Source of the DNA: an uncultured Gammaproteobacteria bacterium
Lineage (GTDB): Bacteria; Pseudomonadota; Gammaproteobacteria; CAYNNN01
Reading direction: 5' to 3'
Assembly (NCBI GenBank): GCA_964398665.1
Contig: CAYNNN010000003.1
Span: 55 to 64,054 of the forward strand
Length of the DNA: 64,000 bases
This document shows positions 9,937 through 20,145 of this stretch, one piece after another. Positions within the stretch are counted from its first letter, which is position 1, and the number at the start of each line of letters is the position of its first letter. The position numbers and the translations under genes were made by a program. The notes beneath the pieces are model-generated. The model had not been told where the DNA came from. It saw nothing but the letters and a program-made list of their open reading frames with translations, and ran no database searches.

Positions 9937-10854
9937 TCAGGAGGTGAGCTGGATGGCGGTCCGCTGGCGTTCGGCCAGTTCGGCTGTCGCATTGTAGCCC
10001 CGCAGGCGCAGCAACTGGTCGCGTACCGCTGTTTCGACCAGCACCGCCAGATTGCGTCCAGCGACAACCGGCAGGGTGATTTGCGGGACGCTGACGCCCA
10101 GGATGCTGCGTCGGCTGCGTAAACCCTGCAGGCGTTCATCGCCTTGCAGGTTCAGGCCGGGGAGTGCCTGAAGATCGATGATCAGACGCAAGAATTTGTT
10201 CAGCTTCATGGCCGGGTCGCCAAACATGGCCCGGATGTTGAGCGCCCCCAGCCCCCGAACTTCCAGAAAATCCCGCAATAACTCCGGGCAGGCACCATTC
10301 AGGGTCTCTGGCCCCAACCGGGTGAGTTCCACCACGTCATCGGCAATCAGCCGATGCCCTCGGCTAATGAGTTCCAGGGCCAGCTCGCTTTTGCCAATGC
10401 CGCTGGCGCCGGTTAGCAGCACGCCCAAGCCCATGACTTCCAGAAAGACCCCATGCACGCTGGTACTGGCCAGGGCCGGTTCGGTGAGCAGATTGCGCAA
10501 GGTGGTACGCAAGGTTGCGAGGGGTAGGGGTGAGGCCAGCAAGGGCGTAGGTTGATGCTGGGCGTAGGCCAGCAGGCCGTCGCACAGACTTTGGTCAGCC
10601 AGCAGCAGGGCGCCGGGGCGAGCCGCAAACCATTGACCCAGTACCTGGCGCCGGGGCAGGTCATCCAACTGGCCCAGTTGCTCCAGGACTGCAGCGCCGA
10701 TAAGCCACAGACTGTGTGGGGCAGGCAGCGGGCCGTCAAGCTGGCACTCGGCGACCTGAGTCAGCGCCTCGCTTTCTTCCGGATCACCGCTCAGCCAGCG
10801 CAGCTGCAGGGTACCGCCCCAGTGCTGAATCAGCGTCAGGACACTAAGCGACAT
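9937..10854 (-). CDS. hprK: HPr kinase/phosphorylase
   Basis: GVLLTGASGIGKSELALELISRGHRLIADD Walker A / HprK signature; start taken at MSLSVLTLIQHWGG; track ORF starts at 10893. Confidence 0.85.
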   Translation of the reverse strand: MSLSVLTLIQHWGGTLQLRWLSGDPEESEALTQVAECQLDGPLPAPHSLWLIGAAVLEQLGQLDDLPRRQVLGQWFAARPGALLLADQSLCDGLLAYAQHQPTPLLASPLPLATLRTTLRNLLTEPALASTSVHGVFLEVMGLGVLLTGASGIGKSELALELISRGHRLIADDVVELTRLGPETLNGACPELLRDFLEVRGLGALNIRAMFGDPAMKLNKFLRLIIDLQALPGLNLQGDERLQGLRSRRSILGVSVPQITLPVVAGRNLAVLVETAVRDQLLRLRGYNATAELAERQRTAIQLTS

Positions 10855-11401
10855 CAGTCCGGGTGGGGGTCGGGGCGGTGCGGGTATCGTCATTGCAGTG
10901 CTGTGCAGTAGCCAGCAGCTTCATGAGTGTTTCGGCCTCGCCGACCGTGCGGAGCTGATCCAGCGTGGCTGCATCGCTCATGATGCTGGCCAGTTGCGCC
11001 AGCAGCCGCAGGTGCAGATCGTCGGCCTGTTCCGGAATCAGCAATCCCAGCAGCAGGGTGACTGGCATGTCGTCAAGGGCGTCAAATTCCAGTGGTTCCT
11101 GGAGGCTTAAAAACGCCGCCCTGGGTGCCGTGAGTCTGGGCAGGCGGGCATGGGGAATGGCTACCCCGCTGCCCAGGCCGGTACTGCCCAGCCGCTCCCG
11201 CTCCAGCAGTTGGGTGTAAACCACGTCGAAGTCAATCTCGGGCCCCAGTGCTGGAGCGCCGCAGAGCAACAGCTCTGCCAGACGTTCCAGGGCCCGCTTC
11301 TTGCTGCGGAGGGGGGCAGCGAACAACACCCGCTCGGGAGCCAGCAGGCTGGCCAGCGGCGGCGTTGCTGTCGGGGCAGCGGGGGCATCAGGGCAAGCCA
11401 C
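10844..11401 (-). CDS. ptsN: PTS EIIA-Ntr nitrogen regulatory protein PtsN
   Basis: LLAPERVLFAAPLRSKKRALERLAELL... GVAIPHARL typical PtsN; start uncertain (proposed GTG near 11401; track ORF runs to 11476). Confidence 0.75.
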   Translation of the reverse strand: MACPDAPAAPTATPPLASLLAPERVLFAAPLRSKKRALERLAELLLCGAPALGPEIDFDVVYTQLLERERLGSTGLGSGVAIPHARLPRLTAPRAAFLSLQEPLEFDALDDMPVTLLLGLLIPEQADDLHLRLLAQLASIMSDAATLDQLRTVGEAETLMKLLATAQHCNDDTRTAPTPTRTDVA

Positions 11402-11517
11402 CTGCTTTTCCGAGGCCAGCGGTGCTGTAGCGGTCCAGGTGAACAGGGGGCGACGGAAGCCCATAGACCAGTTCATGAACGTACTCCTCAGGGTGTGCGA
11501 ACCCTTGTCCTGCTGTA

Positions 11518-11838
11518 TTAATCCGCTTGTTTGAGTGCGCTTTCACCACGGTGGTGGTCGTGGTGCTTGTCCTGAAGCTTTTTCAATTGCCGATCCAGCT
11601 TGTCCAACAGCATGTCGATGGCTGCATACATGTCGGCCTCCGTGGCATCGGCAAACAAGTCACCCCCGTTCAGGTGCAGGGTAGCCTCGGCCTTGTGCCG
11701 GAGTTTATCCACACTGAGAATGACGTGGGTATGAGTTGCGTGGGCACCGTGCCGTTCAAGTCGGGTCAGCTTATCCTTGACGTAATCGCGCAAGGCAGGG
11801 GTTACTTCGATATGATGACCAGTAATATTGAGTTGCAT
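11518..11838 (-). CDS. hpf: ribosome hibernation promoting factor / sigma-54 modulation protein
   Basis: MQLNITGHHIEVTPALRDYVKDKLTRLERH... 106 aa, ATG at 11838 with GGAGAT RBS; directly after rpoN. Confidence 0.9.
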   Translation of the reverse strand: MQLNITGHHIEVTPALRDYVKDKLTRLERHGAHATHTHVILSVDKLRHKAEATLHLNGGDLFADATEADMYAAIDMLLDKLDRQLKKLQDKHHDHHRGESALKQAD

Positions 11839-11857
11839 GGGATCTCCTTGAAGCAAG

Positions 11858-13348
11858 TCAGCCAGCTTGCTTACGTTCGTTTGAAGGCGGAATGGCGAGC
11901 ATTTCGCGGTATTTGGCGACGGTTCGGCGTGCGACCTTGATGCCCTGCTGCCCCAGACGCTTGACCAGATCGCTGTCACTGAGCGGTTCGAGGGGTTGCT
12001 CGGTCGTGATGAACTGGCGGATCAGGGCACGGATGGCAGTCGCCGAGCAAGTGCCGCCGGCGTCGGTTTGCACATGACTGGAGAAGAAATACTTCAGCTC
12101 CAGCAGCCCGTGCGGGGCCAGAAGATATTTGTTGCTGGTAACCCGCGAGACTGTAGACTCGTGCAGGCCAACCCGCTGGGCAATGTCGCGCAGTACCAGC
12201 GGCTTCATCGCGGCAGGTCCGTGCTCGAAAAAAGCTTGTTGCGCGTCAACGATCATGCTGCCCACACGGAGTAAGGTTTCATGGCGGTTATGCAGGCTTT
12301 TGATGAACCAGCGGGCCTCTTGTAGGCGTGTCTTAAGATAGTGGGCCTCTTGGCTACCTAAACCGTTCCTTAACAGACTCGCATAATATGCGTTCACGCG
12401 CAAGTGAGGCGTCAGGGCCGGGTTCAACTCTGCCACCCAGATGCCATGACGTTTGCGTGCCAGCAAATCCGGTACCGGGGGTGCCAGCTCCGAATCATGG
12501 CTGATTCTGCCAGGACGCGGGTGCATGTGCCGGATCAGGTTCAGGGCGCCCTGCATTTCGGCCTGACTGACGCCCAGCTGTTGTTGCAAGGTGGTGTAGT
12601 CTTGACGGGCCAGATGCACGAATTGCGTGTTGACGATGCGCAGGGCCAGATTCCGATAGGGAACATCGGGAAGCTGGGCCTGGAGTTGCAACTGCAGGCA
12701 TTCGGCCAGGTTCCGGGCTGCAATGCCGCTAGGCTCCAGCGTTTGCACCTGGTACAACACCTGCTCCAGCGCCTCCGGGCTGATGACCAACGCTGGGTTG
12801 AGTTGGGCACAGGTGGCGCTGAGATCTGCCAGCGGGGTGCGTAAATAACCATCATCATCAATAGCATCAATGATGACCCAGGCTTGGGCCAGGGTGCGCG
12901 GGTCGTTGATCAGGAGTCGGGCCTGCTCGCGCAAATCTGCGTGCAGGCTTTGAGGGGTGCTACACAGATCCAGTGGATCGAATTCCTCGCTGCTACCGGG
13001 ACTGCGGCCCTCATAGGCGCCGTCCTCCCAGTCGCCGGTGTCTTCCCAGTCAGTGCCGGCGTCCTCCGGCTCGCTGCCTGTTTCCGGCAGGTCAGTCTCG
13101 CCTGCGGTCTCTTCAAGTTCGGTCTGGGGCGCGGCAGCCAGCGATTCCGGGGCCACCACCGGCTCCATGCCTGCGCTGTCCTGCTCCCCATCCTCTTCGG
13201 CTTCCAGCAGGGGGTTTTCGTTGAGCGCCTGCTCGACTTCCTGCTGCAACTCCAGACTGGACAATTGCAGCAGGCGCAGCGCCTGACGCAACTGGGGCGT
13301 CAGGGCCAGATGCTGGCTCATCTTGAGTTGTAAACCGGGTTTCAGCAT
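11858..13348 (-). CDS. rpoN: RNA polymerase sigma-54 factor
   Basis: MLKPGLQLKMSQHLALTPQLRQALRLLQLSSLEL... and C-terminal RpoN box ARRTVAKYRE; 496 aa. Confidence 0.95.
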   Translation of the reverse strand: MLKPGLQLKMSQHLALTPQLRQALRLLQLSSLELQQEVEQALNENPLLEAEEDGEQDSAGMEPVVAPESLAAAPQTELEETAGETDLPETGSEPEDAGTDWEDTGDWEDGAYEGRSPGSSEEFDPLDLCSTPQSLHADLREQARLLINDPRTLAQAWVIIDAIDDDGYLRTPLADLSATCAQLNPALVISPEALEQVLYQVQTLEPSGIAARNLAECLQLQLQAQLPDVPYRNLALRIVNTQFVHLARQDYTTLQQQLGVSQAEMQGALNLIRHMHPRPGRISHDSELAPPVPDLLARKRHGIWVAELNPALTPHLRVNAYYASLLRNGLGSQEAHYLKTRLQEARWFIKSLHNRHETLLRVGSMIVDAQQAFFEHGPAAMKPLVLRDIAQRVGLHESTVSRVTSNKYLLAPHGLLELKYFFSSHVQTDAGGTCSATAIRALIRQFITTEQPLEPLSDSDLVKRLGQQGIKVARRTVAKYREMLAIPPSNERKQAG

Positions 13349-13640
13349 AAATTGTCTGGCTCAAAACAGGGTGGGTGGGGCCGCCTATCATTATCACCCT
13401 CCATGATACGCCTAAACCTGTACCTATTGAGTGCTTGGCAAAACCGCCAGATTGCGCTAGGCTTGGCAGACTTCCCTAGGCTGTTTTCAGTATAGCCCGT
13501 GTTGACCTTGTTCGGCTGTGTGTACTGCAATTTGTGGCTGCTGACGCTGCTGCCCTCGGGGCAGTAACCTCCGTGTGTGCCCGGCGGGGCCAGCTTACGC
13601 AATATATCCACAAAAATTCCCGGCAGCTTACAGGTCTACC

Positions 13641-15182
13641 ATGAACAACCGTCTGATCATTTTCGATACTACCCTGCGCGATGGCGAACAAAGCCCCGGC
13701 GCAGCCATGACTAAAGACGAAAAAGTCCGTATCGCCAAAGCGTTGGAACGTCTGCGTGTGGACGTCATCGAGGCTGGATTTCCAGTCGCCAGTCCAGGTG
13801 ATTTTGCGTCGGTGCAGGCTGTTGCCGAGGCGGTTCGGGAGAGCAGCGTCTGCGGCCTGGCCCGTGCCGTGCCCCGCGATATCGAACAAGCCGGGGAAGC
13901 CTTGCGCAAGGCAGCTGCCCCACGCATTCACACCTTCATCGCCACCAGCCCCATCCACATGGAAAAAAAGCTGCGCATGCAGCCGGAACAGGTGCTGGAG
14001 GCCGCTGTGGCAGCCGTCAAGCTGGCCTTGCGCTATACGGATGATGTGGAGTTTTCTGCCGAAGATGCCGTACGCTCGGAACTGGACTTCCTGGCGCGGG
14101 TTTTCGAGGCTGTCATCAAGGCCGGTGCCAGAACCCTGAACGTGCCTGATACCGTGGGGTATAGCATTCCAGCCCTGTGGGGCGAGCGGATGCGGCAGTT
14201 GATTGAGCGCGTTCCCAATGCCGACAGGGTCGTGTGGTCCACCCATTGTCACAATGATCTCGGGATGGCGGTGGCCAACTCGCTGGCTGCGGTACAGGCG
14301 GGTGCCAGACAGGTGGAATGCACCATCAACGGCCTGGGGGAGCGGGCCGGGAATGCTTCCCTGGAAGAAATCGTCATGGCGGTGCGCACCCGGCGCGATG
14401 TATTCAGTTGTGATACCCGGATAGATGCCACACAAATTGTCCCCACCTCCAAGCTGGTCTCCACCATCACCGGCTATCCTGTCCAGCCCAACAAGGCCAT
14501 TGTCGGGGCCAACGCCTTTGCCCATGAGTCCGGAATTCATCAGGATGGCGTGCTCAAGCATCGTGAGACCTATGAAATCATGCGGGCCGAGGATGTGGGC
14601 TGGACGGCCAACCGGCTGACCCTGGGCAAGTTGTCCGGGCGTAATGCCTTGAAGTCCAGACTGGCGGAGCTGGGTATCACCCTAGCTTCCGAAACTGAAT
14701 TGAACGCGGTATTTGTCCGGTTCAAGGCCCTGGCGGACAAGAAGTCGGAAATCTTTGATGAAGACTTGCAGGCGCTGGTCAGTGAAACCAGCCAGGTGGC
14801 GGAGGAAGCCGTGCAGCTGCGCAGCCTGCGGGTCTGTTCCGAAATGGGCCAGACCCCGATTGCCACGGTCAGCCTGGTTATCCAGGGTGAAGTCAGGCAG
14901 GCGGAAGCCAGCGGGGGGGGGCCCGTGGATGCGGTATTTCGGGCCATCGAGGCGATCTTGCAAAGCCAGACCCGGCTGTTGCTCTATTCGGTCAACAACA
15001 TTACCACGGGTACTGACGCCCAGGGTGAAGTGACGGTGCGGGTGGAAAAGGCCGGGCGAGTGGTGAACGGTCAGGGTGCCGATACCGACATCGTGATCGC
15101 TTCGGCCAAGGCCTATCTGAATGCGCTGGAGCGTGTTTTGCACGGTCAGCACCGCGCCCATCCGCAGCGGGGCGATGTCTGA
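13641..15182 (+). CDS. leuA: 2-isopropylmalate synthase
   Basis: [24 protein letters not shown]... [17 protein letters not shown], 513 aa; ATG at 13641; track ORF starts 13575. Confidence 0.93.
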   Translation: MNNRLIIFDTTLRDGEQSPGAAMTKDEKVRIAKALERLRVDVIEAGFPVASPGDFASVQAVAEAVRESSVCGLARAVPRDIEQAGEALRKAAAPRIHTFIATSPIHMEKKLRMQPEQVLEAAVAAVKLALRYTDDVEFSAEDAVRSELDFLARVFEAVIKAGARTLNVPDTVGYSIPALWGERMRQLIERVPNADRVVWSTHCHNDLGMAVANSLAAVQAGARQVECTINGLGERAGNASLEEIVMAVRTRRDVFSCDTRIDATQIVPTSKLVSTITGYPVQPNKAIVGANAFAHESGIHQDGVLKHRETYEIMRAEDVGWTANRLTLGKLSGRNALKSRLAELGITLASETELNAVFVRFKALADKKSEIFDEDLQALVSETSQVAEEAVQLRSLRVCSEMGQTPIATVSLVIQGEVRQAEASGGGPVDAVFRAIEAILQSQTRLLLYSVNNITTGTDAQGEVTVRVEKAGRVVNGQGADTDIVIASAKAYLNALERVLHGQHRAHPQRGDV

Positions 15183-15918
15183 ACCGGTGCGGCTGGAGCC
15201 TGCGGCGGCCCGCCAGTGCCTGGCCCGGCTGGGTCTGGGTCTGTGGCAATGCCGCCTGGCGCCACCGGGTGCAGCGCCAGTGCTGGCAGCCCGGTCAGAC
15301 ACCCCACCGCCCATGACGACCGCCGCTTTGCCAGAGCCCGCCATGCGTGTATCCACAGTCACCCCGGACTGGGACGTGCTGGCGGCTCAGGTACGTGCCT
15401 GCCAGGCCTGTCGCCTGCACCAGACCCGCACCCAGACGGTGTTTGGGGTCGGCAACCGCCAGGCCCGCTGGATGGTGATCGGCGAGGCGCCGGGCGCCGA
15501 TGAAGATGCTCAGGGCGAGCCTTTTGTCGGTCGGGCCGGGCAGTTGCTCAATGCCATGTTGCGCGGGATTGGCCTGCAACGGGAACAGGTGTACATTGCC
15601 AATGTCCTGAAATGTCGCCCGCCGCAAAACCGTGACCCGCTGGAAGACGAAACCGTGCAATGCCTGCCGTACCTGCGCCAGCAAATTCTCGGCGTCCAGC
15701 CCCGTTTGCTGTTGGCCGTGGGCCGGGTGGCTGCTCAGGCCCTGCTGGCCACGGCCACCCCGATAGGTCAGCTGCGTGGGAGTGTTCACGAATATGCCGG
15801 GGTACCGCTGGTGGTTACCTATCACCCCGCCTATTTGCTCCGCTCACCGACTCAAAAGCGTAAAGCTTGGGAAGACCTGCTGCTGGCCCGGCGGGTGGCT
15901 GCACCACTGGCGCCATGA
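15175..15918 (+). CDS. uracil-DNA glycosylase, family 4
   Basis: [37 protein letters not shown]...[10 protein letters not shown] family-4 UDG motifs; ATG 15175 overlaps leuA stop. Confidence 0.85.
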   Translation: MSEPVRLEPAAARQCLARLGLGLWQCRLAPPGAAPVLAARSDTPPPMTTAALPEPAMRVSTVTPDWDVLAAQVRACQACRLHQTRTQTVFGVGNRQARWMVIGEAPGADEDAQGEPFVGRAGQLLNAMLRGIGLQREQVYIANVLKCRPPQNRDPLEDETVQCLPYLRQQILGVQPRLLLAVGRVAAQALLATATPIGQLRGSVHEYAGVPLVVTYHPAYLLRSPTQKRKAWEDLLLARRVAAPLAP

Positions 15919-16376
15919 CGCTGGACTTGCGCCCCATGCGCCTGGCAGACCTGCCTGCGGTCGTCCAGCTGGAAACTGCGGGGCATTTGTTCCCCTGGAC
16001 GGAAACCATCTTTGGCGATTGTCTGCGGGTGGGCTACAACTGCTGGCTGGCCTTGCAGACCACACCGCCGGAACCCGAGGCCATCGTGGGTTACGGTGTC
16101 ATGAGCGTGGCGCTGGACGAGGCGCATATCCTGAATCTGTGCGTCCACCCGCAGCAGCGCAATCAGGGCATCGGCACCCGGCTGATGCAGTTTTTCCTGC
16201 ACCTGGCGCATGAGCATCACGCCCAGCGGATGTTTCTGGAGGTGCGGGTTTCCAACCCCGGTGCCCAGCATATTTATCGCAAACTTGGCTTTACTCAGGT
16301 TGGAGTACGTAAAAATTACTACCCAACCCTGGAAGGTCGTGAGGATGCGCTGGTGTTTACCAAAAATTTACCTTAA
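15915..16376 (+). CDS. rimI: ribosomal-protein-alanine N-acetyltransferase
   Basis: GNAT fold with QQRNQGIGTRLM motif, 153 aa, overlaps UDG stop (ATGA). Confidence 0.8.
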   Translation: MTLDLRPMRLADLPAVVQLETAGHLFPWTETIFGDCLRVGYNCWLALQTTPPEPEAIVGYGVMSVALDEAHILNLCVHPQQRNQGIGTRLMQFFLHLAHEHHAQRMFLEVRVSNPGAQHIYRKLGFTQVGVRKNYYPTLEGREDALVFTKNLP

Positions 16377-16379
16377 CGC

Positions 16380-17966
16380 ATGTCAGAAACCCTGCTGTCG
16401 GAAATTCGCCGTCGGCGCACGTTTGCGATTATCTCGCATCCGGACGCCGGGAAAACCACCCTCACGGAAAAGCTGCTCCTGTTTGGCGGCGCGATCCAGC
16501 TGGCCGGGACGGTCAAGGGCCGCAAGGCCAGCCGTCACGCGACCTCGGACTGGATGGCGCTGGAGCAGCAGCGCGGGATTTCCGTCACCACCTCGGTGAT
16601 GCAGTTTCCCTATGGAGATGCAGTCATCAATCTGCTGGATACGCCCGGCCATGAGGACTTTTCCGAAGATACCTATCGCACGCTGACCGCAGTGGATTCG
16701 GCGCTGATGGTCATTGACTGCGCCAAGGGGGTCGAGCCACGCACCATCGCCCTGATGGAAGTCTGCCGGATGCGGACGACGCCGATCATCACCTTCATCA
16801 ACAAGTTGGATCGTGAAGGCCGTGACCCGCTGGAAGTCCTGGACGAAGTGGAAAAGGTGTTGAACATCCGTTGTGCGCCGATCACCTGGCCCATCGGGAT
16901 TGGTAAACGCTTCAAGGGCGTGTTTGATCTGTATCAGAATCAGGTCCACCTGTTTTCAGCTCAGCATGGCGGGCGCATCCAGCAGGGCGAGACCATCCCC
17001 GGCCTGGATAATCCACGCCTGGATGAGCTGCTGGAAGATCAGGCCGAAGAACTCCGTCAGGAGGTGGAACTGGTGCGCGGAGCCAGCTATCCATTTGATT
17101 TGGAAGAATATAGAGCCGGAAAATTGACCCCGGTTTTTTTTGGCTCGGCCATCAATAATTTTGGTATCAAGGAACTGCTGGACGCCTTTGTGGCCTACGC
17201 CCCGTCACCCTTGCCGCGTCAGGCTGACAGTCGCATGGTGGCTGCCGAGGAACCCAAATTCAGCGGTTTTGTATTCAAGATTCAGGCTAATATGGATCCC
17301 AACCATCGGGACCGGGTGGCATTTTTGCGGGTCTGTTCTGGCAGCTTCAACCGGGGTGAACGGTTTTATCAAGTGCGCATCGGACGTGAGGTGCAATTGA
17401 ACAACGCGCTGACCTTCCAGGCGGCAGAACGCACCCACATTGAAACCGCTTATGCCGGGGATATTATCGGACTGCATAACCACGGCACCATCCAGATTGG
17501 CGATACTTTCACGGCAGGGGAGAAACTACGCTTTCAGGGCATTCCCTATTTTGCCCCGGAATTATTCCGGCGCGTGGTGCTGCGCGACCCGCTGCGCATG
17601 AAAGCCCTGCAAAAAGGTCTGAATCAACTGTGCGAAGAAGGTGCGACCCAGGTGTTTCGGCCTCTGCGCAATAATGACATCATTTTGGGCGCGGTCGGCA
17701 TCCTGCAATTTGATGTGGTGGCCTTTCGGTTGCAAAGCGAATATGGGGTGGAGTGCAGCTTTGACACGGTGAGTGTGGCCACGGCTCGCTGGCTGACGTT
17801 TCAGGATAATAAACAGCGCGATGAGTGCAAGGCCAAGTTATTTGACTATCTGGCCGAAGATGCTTCCGGGGCCTGGGTTTATCTGGCCCCAACCCGGGTG
17901 AATCTGGGTCTGGCGCAAGAGCGCTGGCCCAAGGTGGCATTCCATGCCACCCGGGAACATCAGTGA
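16380..17966 (+). CDS. prfC: peptide chain release factor 3
   Basis: [29 protein letters not shown]... translational GTPase, 528 aa. Confidence 0.95.
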   Translation: MSETLLSEIRRRRTFAIISHPDAGKTTLTEKLLLFGGAIQLAGTVKGRKASRHATSDWMALEQQRGISVTTSVMQFPYGDAVINLLDTPGHEDFSEDTYRTLTAVDSALMVIDCAKGVEPRTIALMEVCRMRTTPIITFINKLDREGRDPLEVLDEVEKVLNIRCAPITWPIGIGKRFKGVFDLYQNQVHLFSAQHGGRIQQGETIPGLDNPRLDELLEDQAEELRQEVELVRGASYPFDLEEYRAGKLTPVFFGSAINNFGIKELLDAFVAYAPSPLPRQADSRMVAAEEPKFSGFVFKIQANMDPNHRDRVAFLRVCSGSFNRGERFYQVRIGREVQLNNALTFQAAERTHIETAYAGDIIGLHNHGTIQIGDTFTAGEKLRFQGIPYFAPELFRRVVLRDPLRMKALQKGLNQLCEEGATQVFRPLRNNDIILGAVGILQFDVVAFRLQSEYGVECSFDTVSVATARWLTFQDNKQRDECKAKLFDYLAEDASGAWVYLAPTRVNLGLAQERWPKVAFHATREHQ

Positions 17967-17988
17967 TGTTGCCCGGGCGCTTCGGGGG

Positions 17989-19497
17989 CTATGCGAGCAT
18001 CTTATAACTGAAGCGCTCATAATGGCCGCTGGCTTCCAGGAGCTTGTCGGCACGAATGGGTTGGGGCTGACCGGGGCGCGGCAGGAGCAGCAGCCCCCGG
18101 TCGGCATGATACAGTCCTTTGCTGGTCAGCAATTGTTGGCCCGGAAGCTGAAGGGCAAAGTAATGCTGGTCCTGGTAGCGCAGAGCTGCCGGGGTTGGGC
18201 AGCAGGGTAGTAGCTGGACGCCCAGACTGAGCTGCTGGGTATTCAAGTTACGCTGCCAGCGTACCATGCCTACCTGCCAGGCTGGTTCGGATTCGGCGCG
18301 CAGGGCCAGCAACTGCCCGACTCCCAGATTGGGAGCTGGCAGGGGTACCAGCAACTGGGCACCCTCGGCGTGGCGGCCTTCGGCCTGCCAATGCTGCAAC
18401 CTGGGCTGGACGGCGGTCTGAAAGCCGTAGGCGCCGACTGCCTGAATATCATGATCCTGGGGGTTATCGCCAAATTCAGCCAGCGGCAGGCCGCCCAGGA
18501 GTGGATACAGGGCATTCAGGCCGTAGCTGCCCAAAATGGGCTGTTGCTGGCGATTGCGCAAGGTGCGCCGTTGCGGTTTGAGCTTCCAGGCGCGGGCAAT
18601 GCGCTGCAAAAAAGCCGCTTGTTCCGGATCACTGTGCTGCGCCTGCTGTTCCAGATGCTGCACCAGACTCGCGGTGCTGAACAGGCGGTAGCGCTGTAGT
18701 TCTACCTGAGCGACCTTGAGGGGCATATGCGCCTGCAAGCCGTGTTCGGCACGCAAATCCACCCAGAAATGACCCGCAGTGGGCCGTTGTGTCGTCAGGG
18801 GCAACAATTCAACCCGAGCGGCACATTCGCCGAGCATCTGACGCAACCGGCGCTGATCCTGCACTGAAAACCGATATGGATCAATCAAAATTAGCAACAG
18901 ATAGCGTTGGTACAGCTGATCGGCCCTGAGCAAGGTCTGGGCTTGCCACGGGTGTGCGACCGGCTGCTCCAGCCAGCCGGCAGTTTCAGCCAGCTGATAG
19001 AGGGCGTGGAACCACTGACAGGCCAACGGACAGGGGGCGTAATATTGCATGGCCAGTTGAATCTGTTCCAGCTGGTAGTACATGGCTTGAGCCAGGGCTT
19101 GCGCGCCGGCATTCTGACCGCCCCACAGACTGCGATTATGCAGCGTGTCGTGCAGAACCTGAAGTTGGCCCAGGACAAAATGTTGGTAAAGCTGGCCCAA
19201 GCGGTCGCAAAAATTATCCTGGGGGCCGTTGCGGGGCGGGGTGTGCTGGAGGTGCTCATGCAGATAGGCCAGCGGCTCGCGGTAAGCGGCCAGAACCGCT
19301 GCCCGCTGGGTGCCGGACAGGCTATAATGGCTCAGGGTCTGGACTTGCTCCAGCAGGGCTTCGGTCAGTTGGGCGGCGTGGGCCGTGGGGACGCTGGCCA
19401 GCCAGCGGCGTACGCCACCGGGGCTGATTTCCAGATGGGGTGGCCGCACCGCCGAAGTTTCGGGCAGGGGCAAATGGGCAGGCCAGGTCAGGGTCAT
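17989..19497 (-). CDS. hypothetical Gln/Leu-rich protein of about 502 aa, function unknown
   Basis: Long ORF with coding-like composition; no recognisable catalytic motif; start taken at MTLTWPAHLPL (track ORF starts 19632, overlapping the divergent gene). Confidence 0.55.
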   Translation of the reverse strand: MTLTWPAHLPLPETSAVRPPHLEISPGGVRRWLASVPTAHAAQLTEALLEQVQTLSHYSLSGTQRAAVLAAYREPLAYLHEHLQHTPPRNGPQDNFCDRLGQLYQHFVLGQLQVLHDTLHNRSLWGGQNAGAQALAQAMYYQLEQIQLAMQYYAPCPLACQWFHALYQLAETAGWLEQPVAHPWQAQTLLRADQLYQRYLLLILIDPYRFSVQDQRRLRQMLGECAARVELLPLTTQRPTAGHFWVDLRAEHGLQAHMPLKVAQVELQRYRLFSTASLVQHLEQQAQHSDPEQAAFLQRIARAWKLKPQRRTLRNRQQQPILGSYGLNALYPLLGGLPLAEFGDNPQDHDIQAVGAYGFQTAVQPRLQHWQAEGRHAEGAQLLVPLPAPNLGVGQLLALRAESEPAWQVGMVRWQRNLNTQQLSLGVQLLPCCPTPAALRYQDQHYFALQLPGQQLLTSKGLYHADRGLLLLPRPGQPQPIRADKLLEASGHYERFSYKMLA

Positions 19498-19620
19498 GGT
19501 GTCATCCGTCAGATAAGGCCGACAGGGTTGAGTGTAGCCGTGATTGTGCCAGCCAGATGGAATTTTTCGCAAGCCCAGACAGTCCCAGCAGCAGCGACAA
19601 GAAAAGTAGGGTGGAGTGCC

Positions 19621-20145
19621 ATGAAATTGCAAGTTGGGTTATTCATCATCATCAGCTACTGGCTCATGGGTCTGGCCCAGGCCGAGTCAGCATTTTTTAA
19701 CCAGACGCTGGGAGATTTGCGTGAAGAACTCCAGAACGCGCGCCAGCAGGGCAAGCAGGGGGTCATGCTGTTTTTCGAGATGGACGAGTGCCCGTTTTGT
19801 CGACGCATGAAGGAGACTGTCCTGAATCAGCCAGAAGTGCAGAAATTCTATCAGCAACATTTCATCAGCCTGCCCCTGGATATCGAGGGTGATCTGGAGA
19901 TTACCGATTTTGCAGGCAAGGTCCGAACCCAGAAAGACTTTGCCACCCGTGAGCATCGGGTGCGTGCCACGCCGGTGATCATTTTCTTTGACCTGGAGGG
20001 CAAACCGGTAGCCCGCTATACCGGGGCAACCTCGGGGGTGCAAGAATTTCTCTGGCTGGGCGAGTATGTGGTGGGCGGCCATTATAAAACCCCTGGTATG
20101 GACTTCAGCCTGTACAAGAAACAGCGTGCCCAGGGTAAACCGTGA
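19621..20145 (+). CDS. periplasmic thioredoxin-fold protein (CPFC active-site motif, signal peptide)
   Basis: MKLQVGLFIIISYWLMGLAQA signal; VMLFFEMDECPFCRRMKETV thioredoxin-like CxxC; ATG at 19621; overlaps next gene by 4 nt. Confidence 0.7.
   Translation: MKLQVGLFIIISYWLMGLAQAESAFFNQTLGDLREELQNARQQGKQGVMLFFEMDECPFCRRMKETVLNQPEVQKFYQQHFISLPLDIEGDLEITDFAGKVRTQKDFATREHRVRATPVIIFFDLEGKPVARYTGATSGVQEFLWLGEYVVGGHYKTPGMDFSLYKKQRAQGKP

Noticed and set aside
13476-14561. 361-aa minus-strand ORF
   Set aside because: Entirely antisense to the well-supported leuA gene; Ala/Arg/Gly-rich low-complexity translation typical of high-GC antisense frames
18907-19620. 5' two-thirds of the 412-aa plus-strand ORF
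   Set aside because: Antisense to the 502-aa hypothetical; only the last 175 codons (from ATG 19621, with signal peptide and CPFC motif) look genuine and were kept as the thioredoxin-like gene
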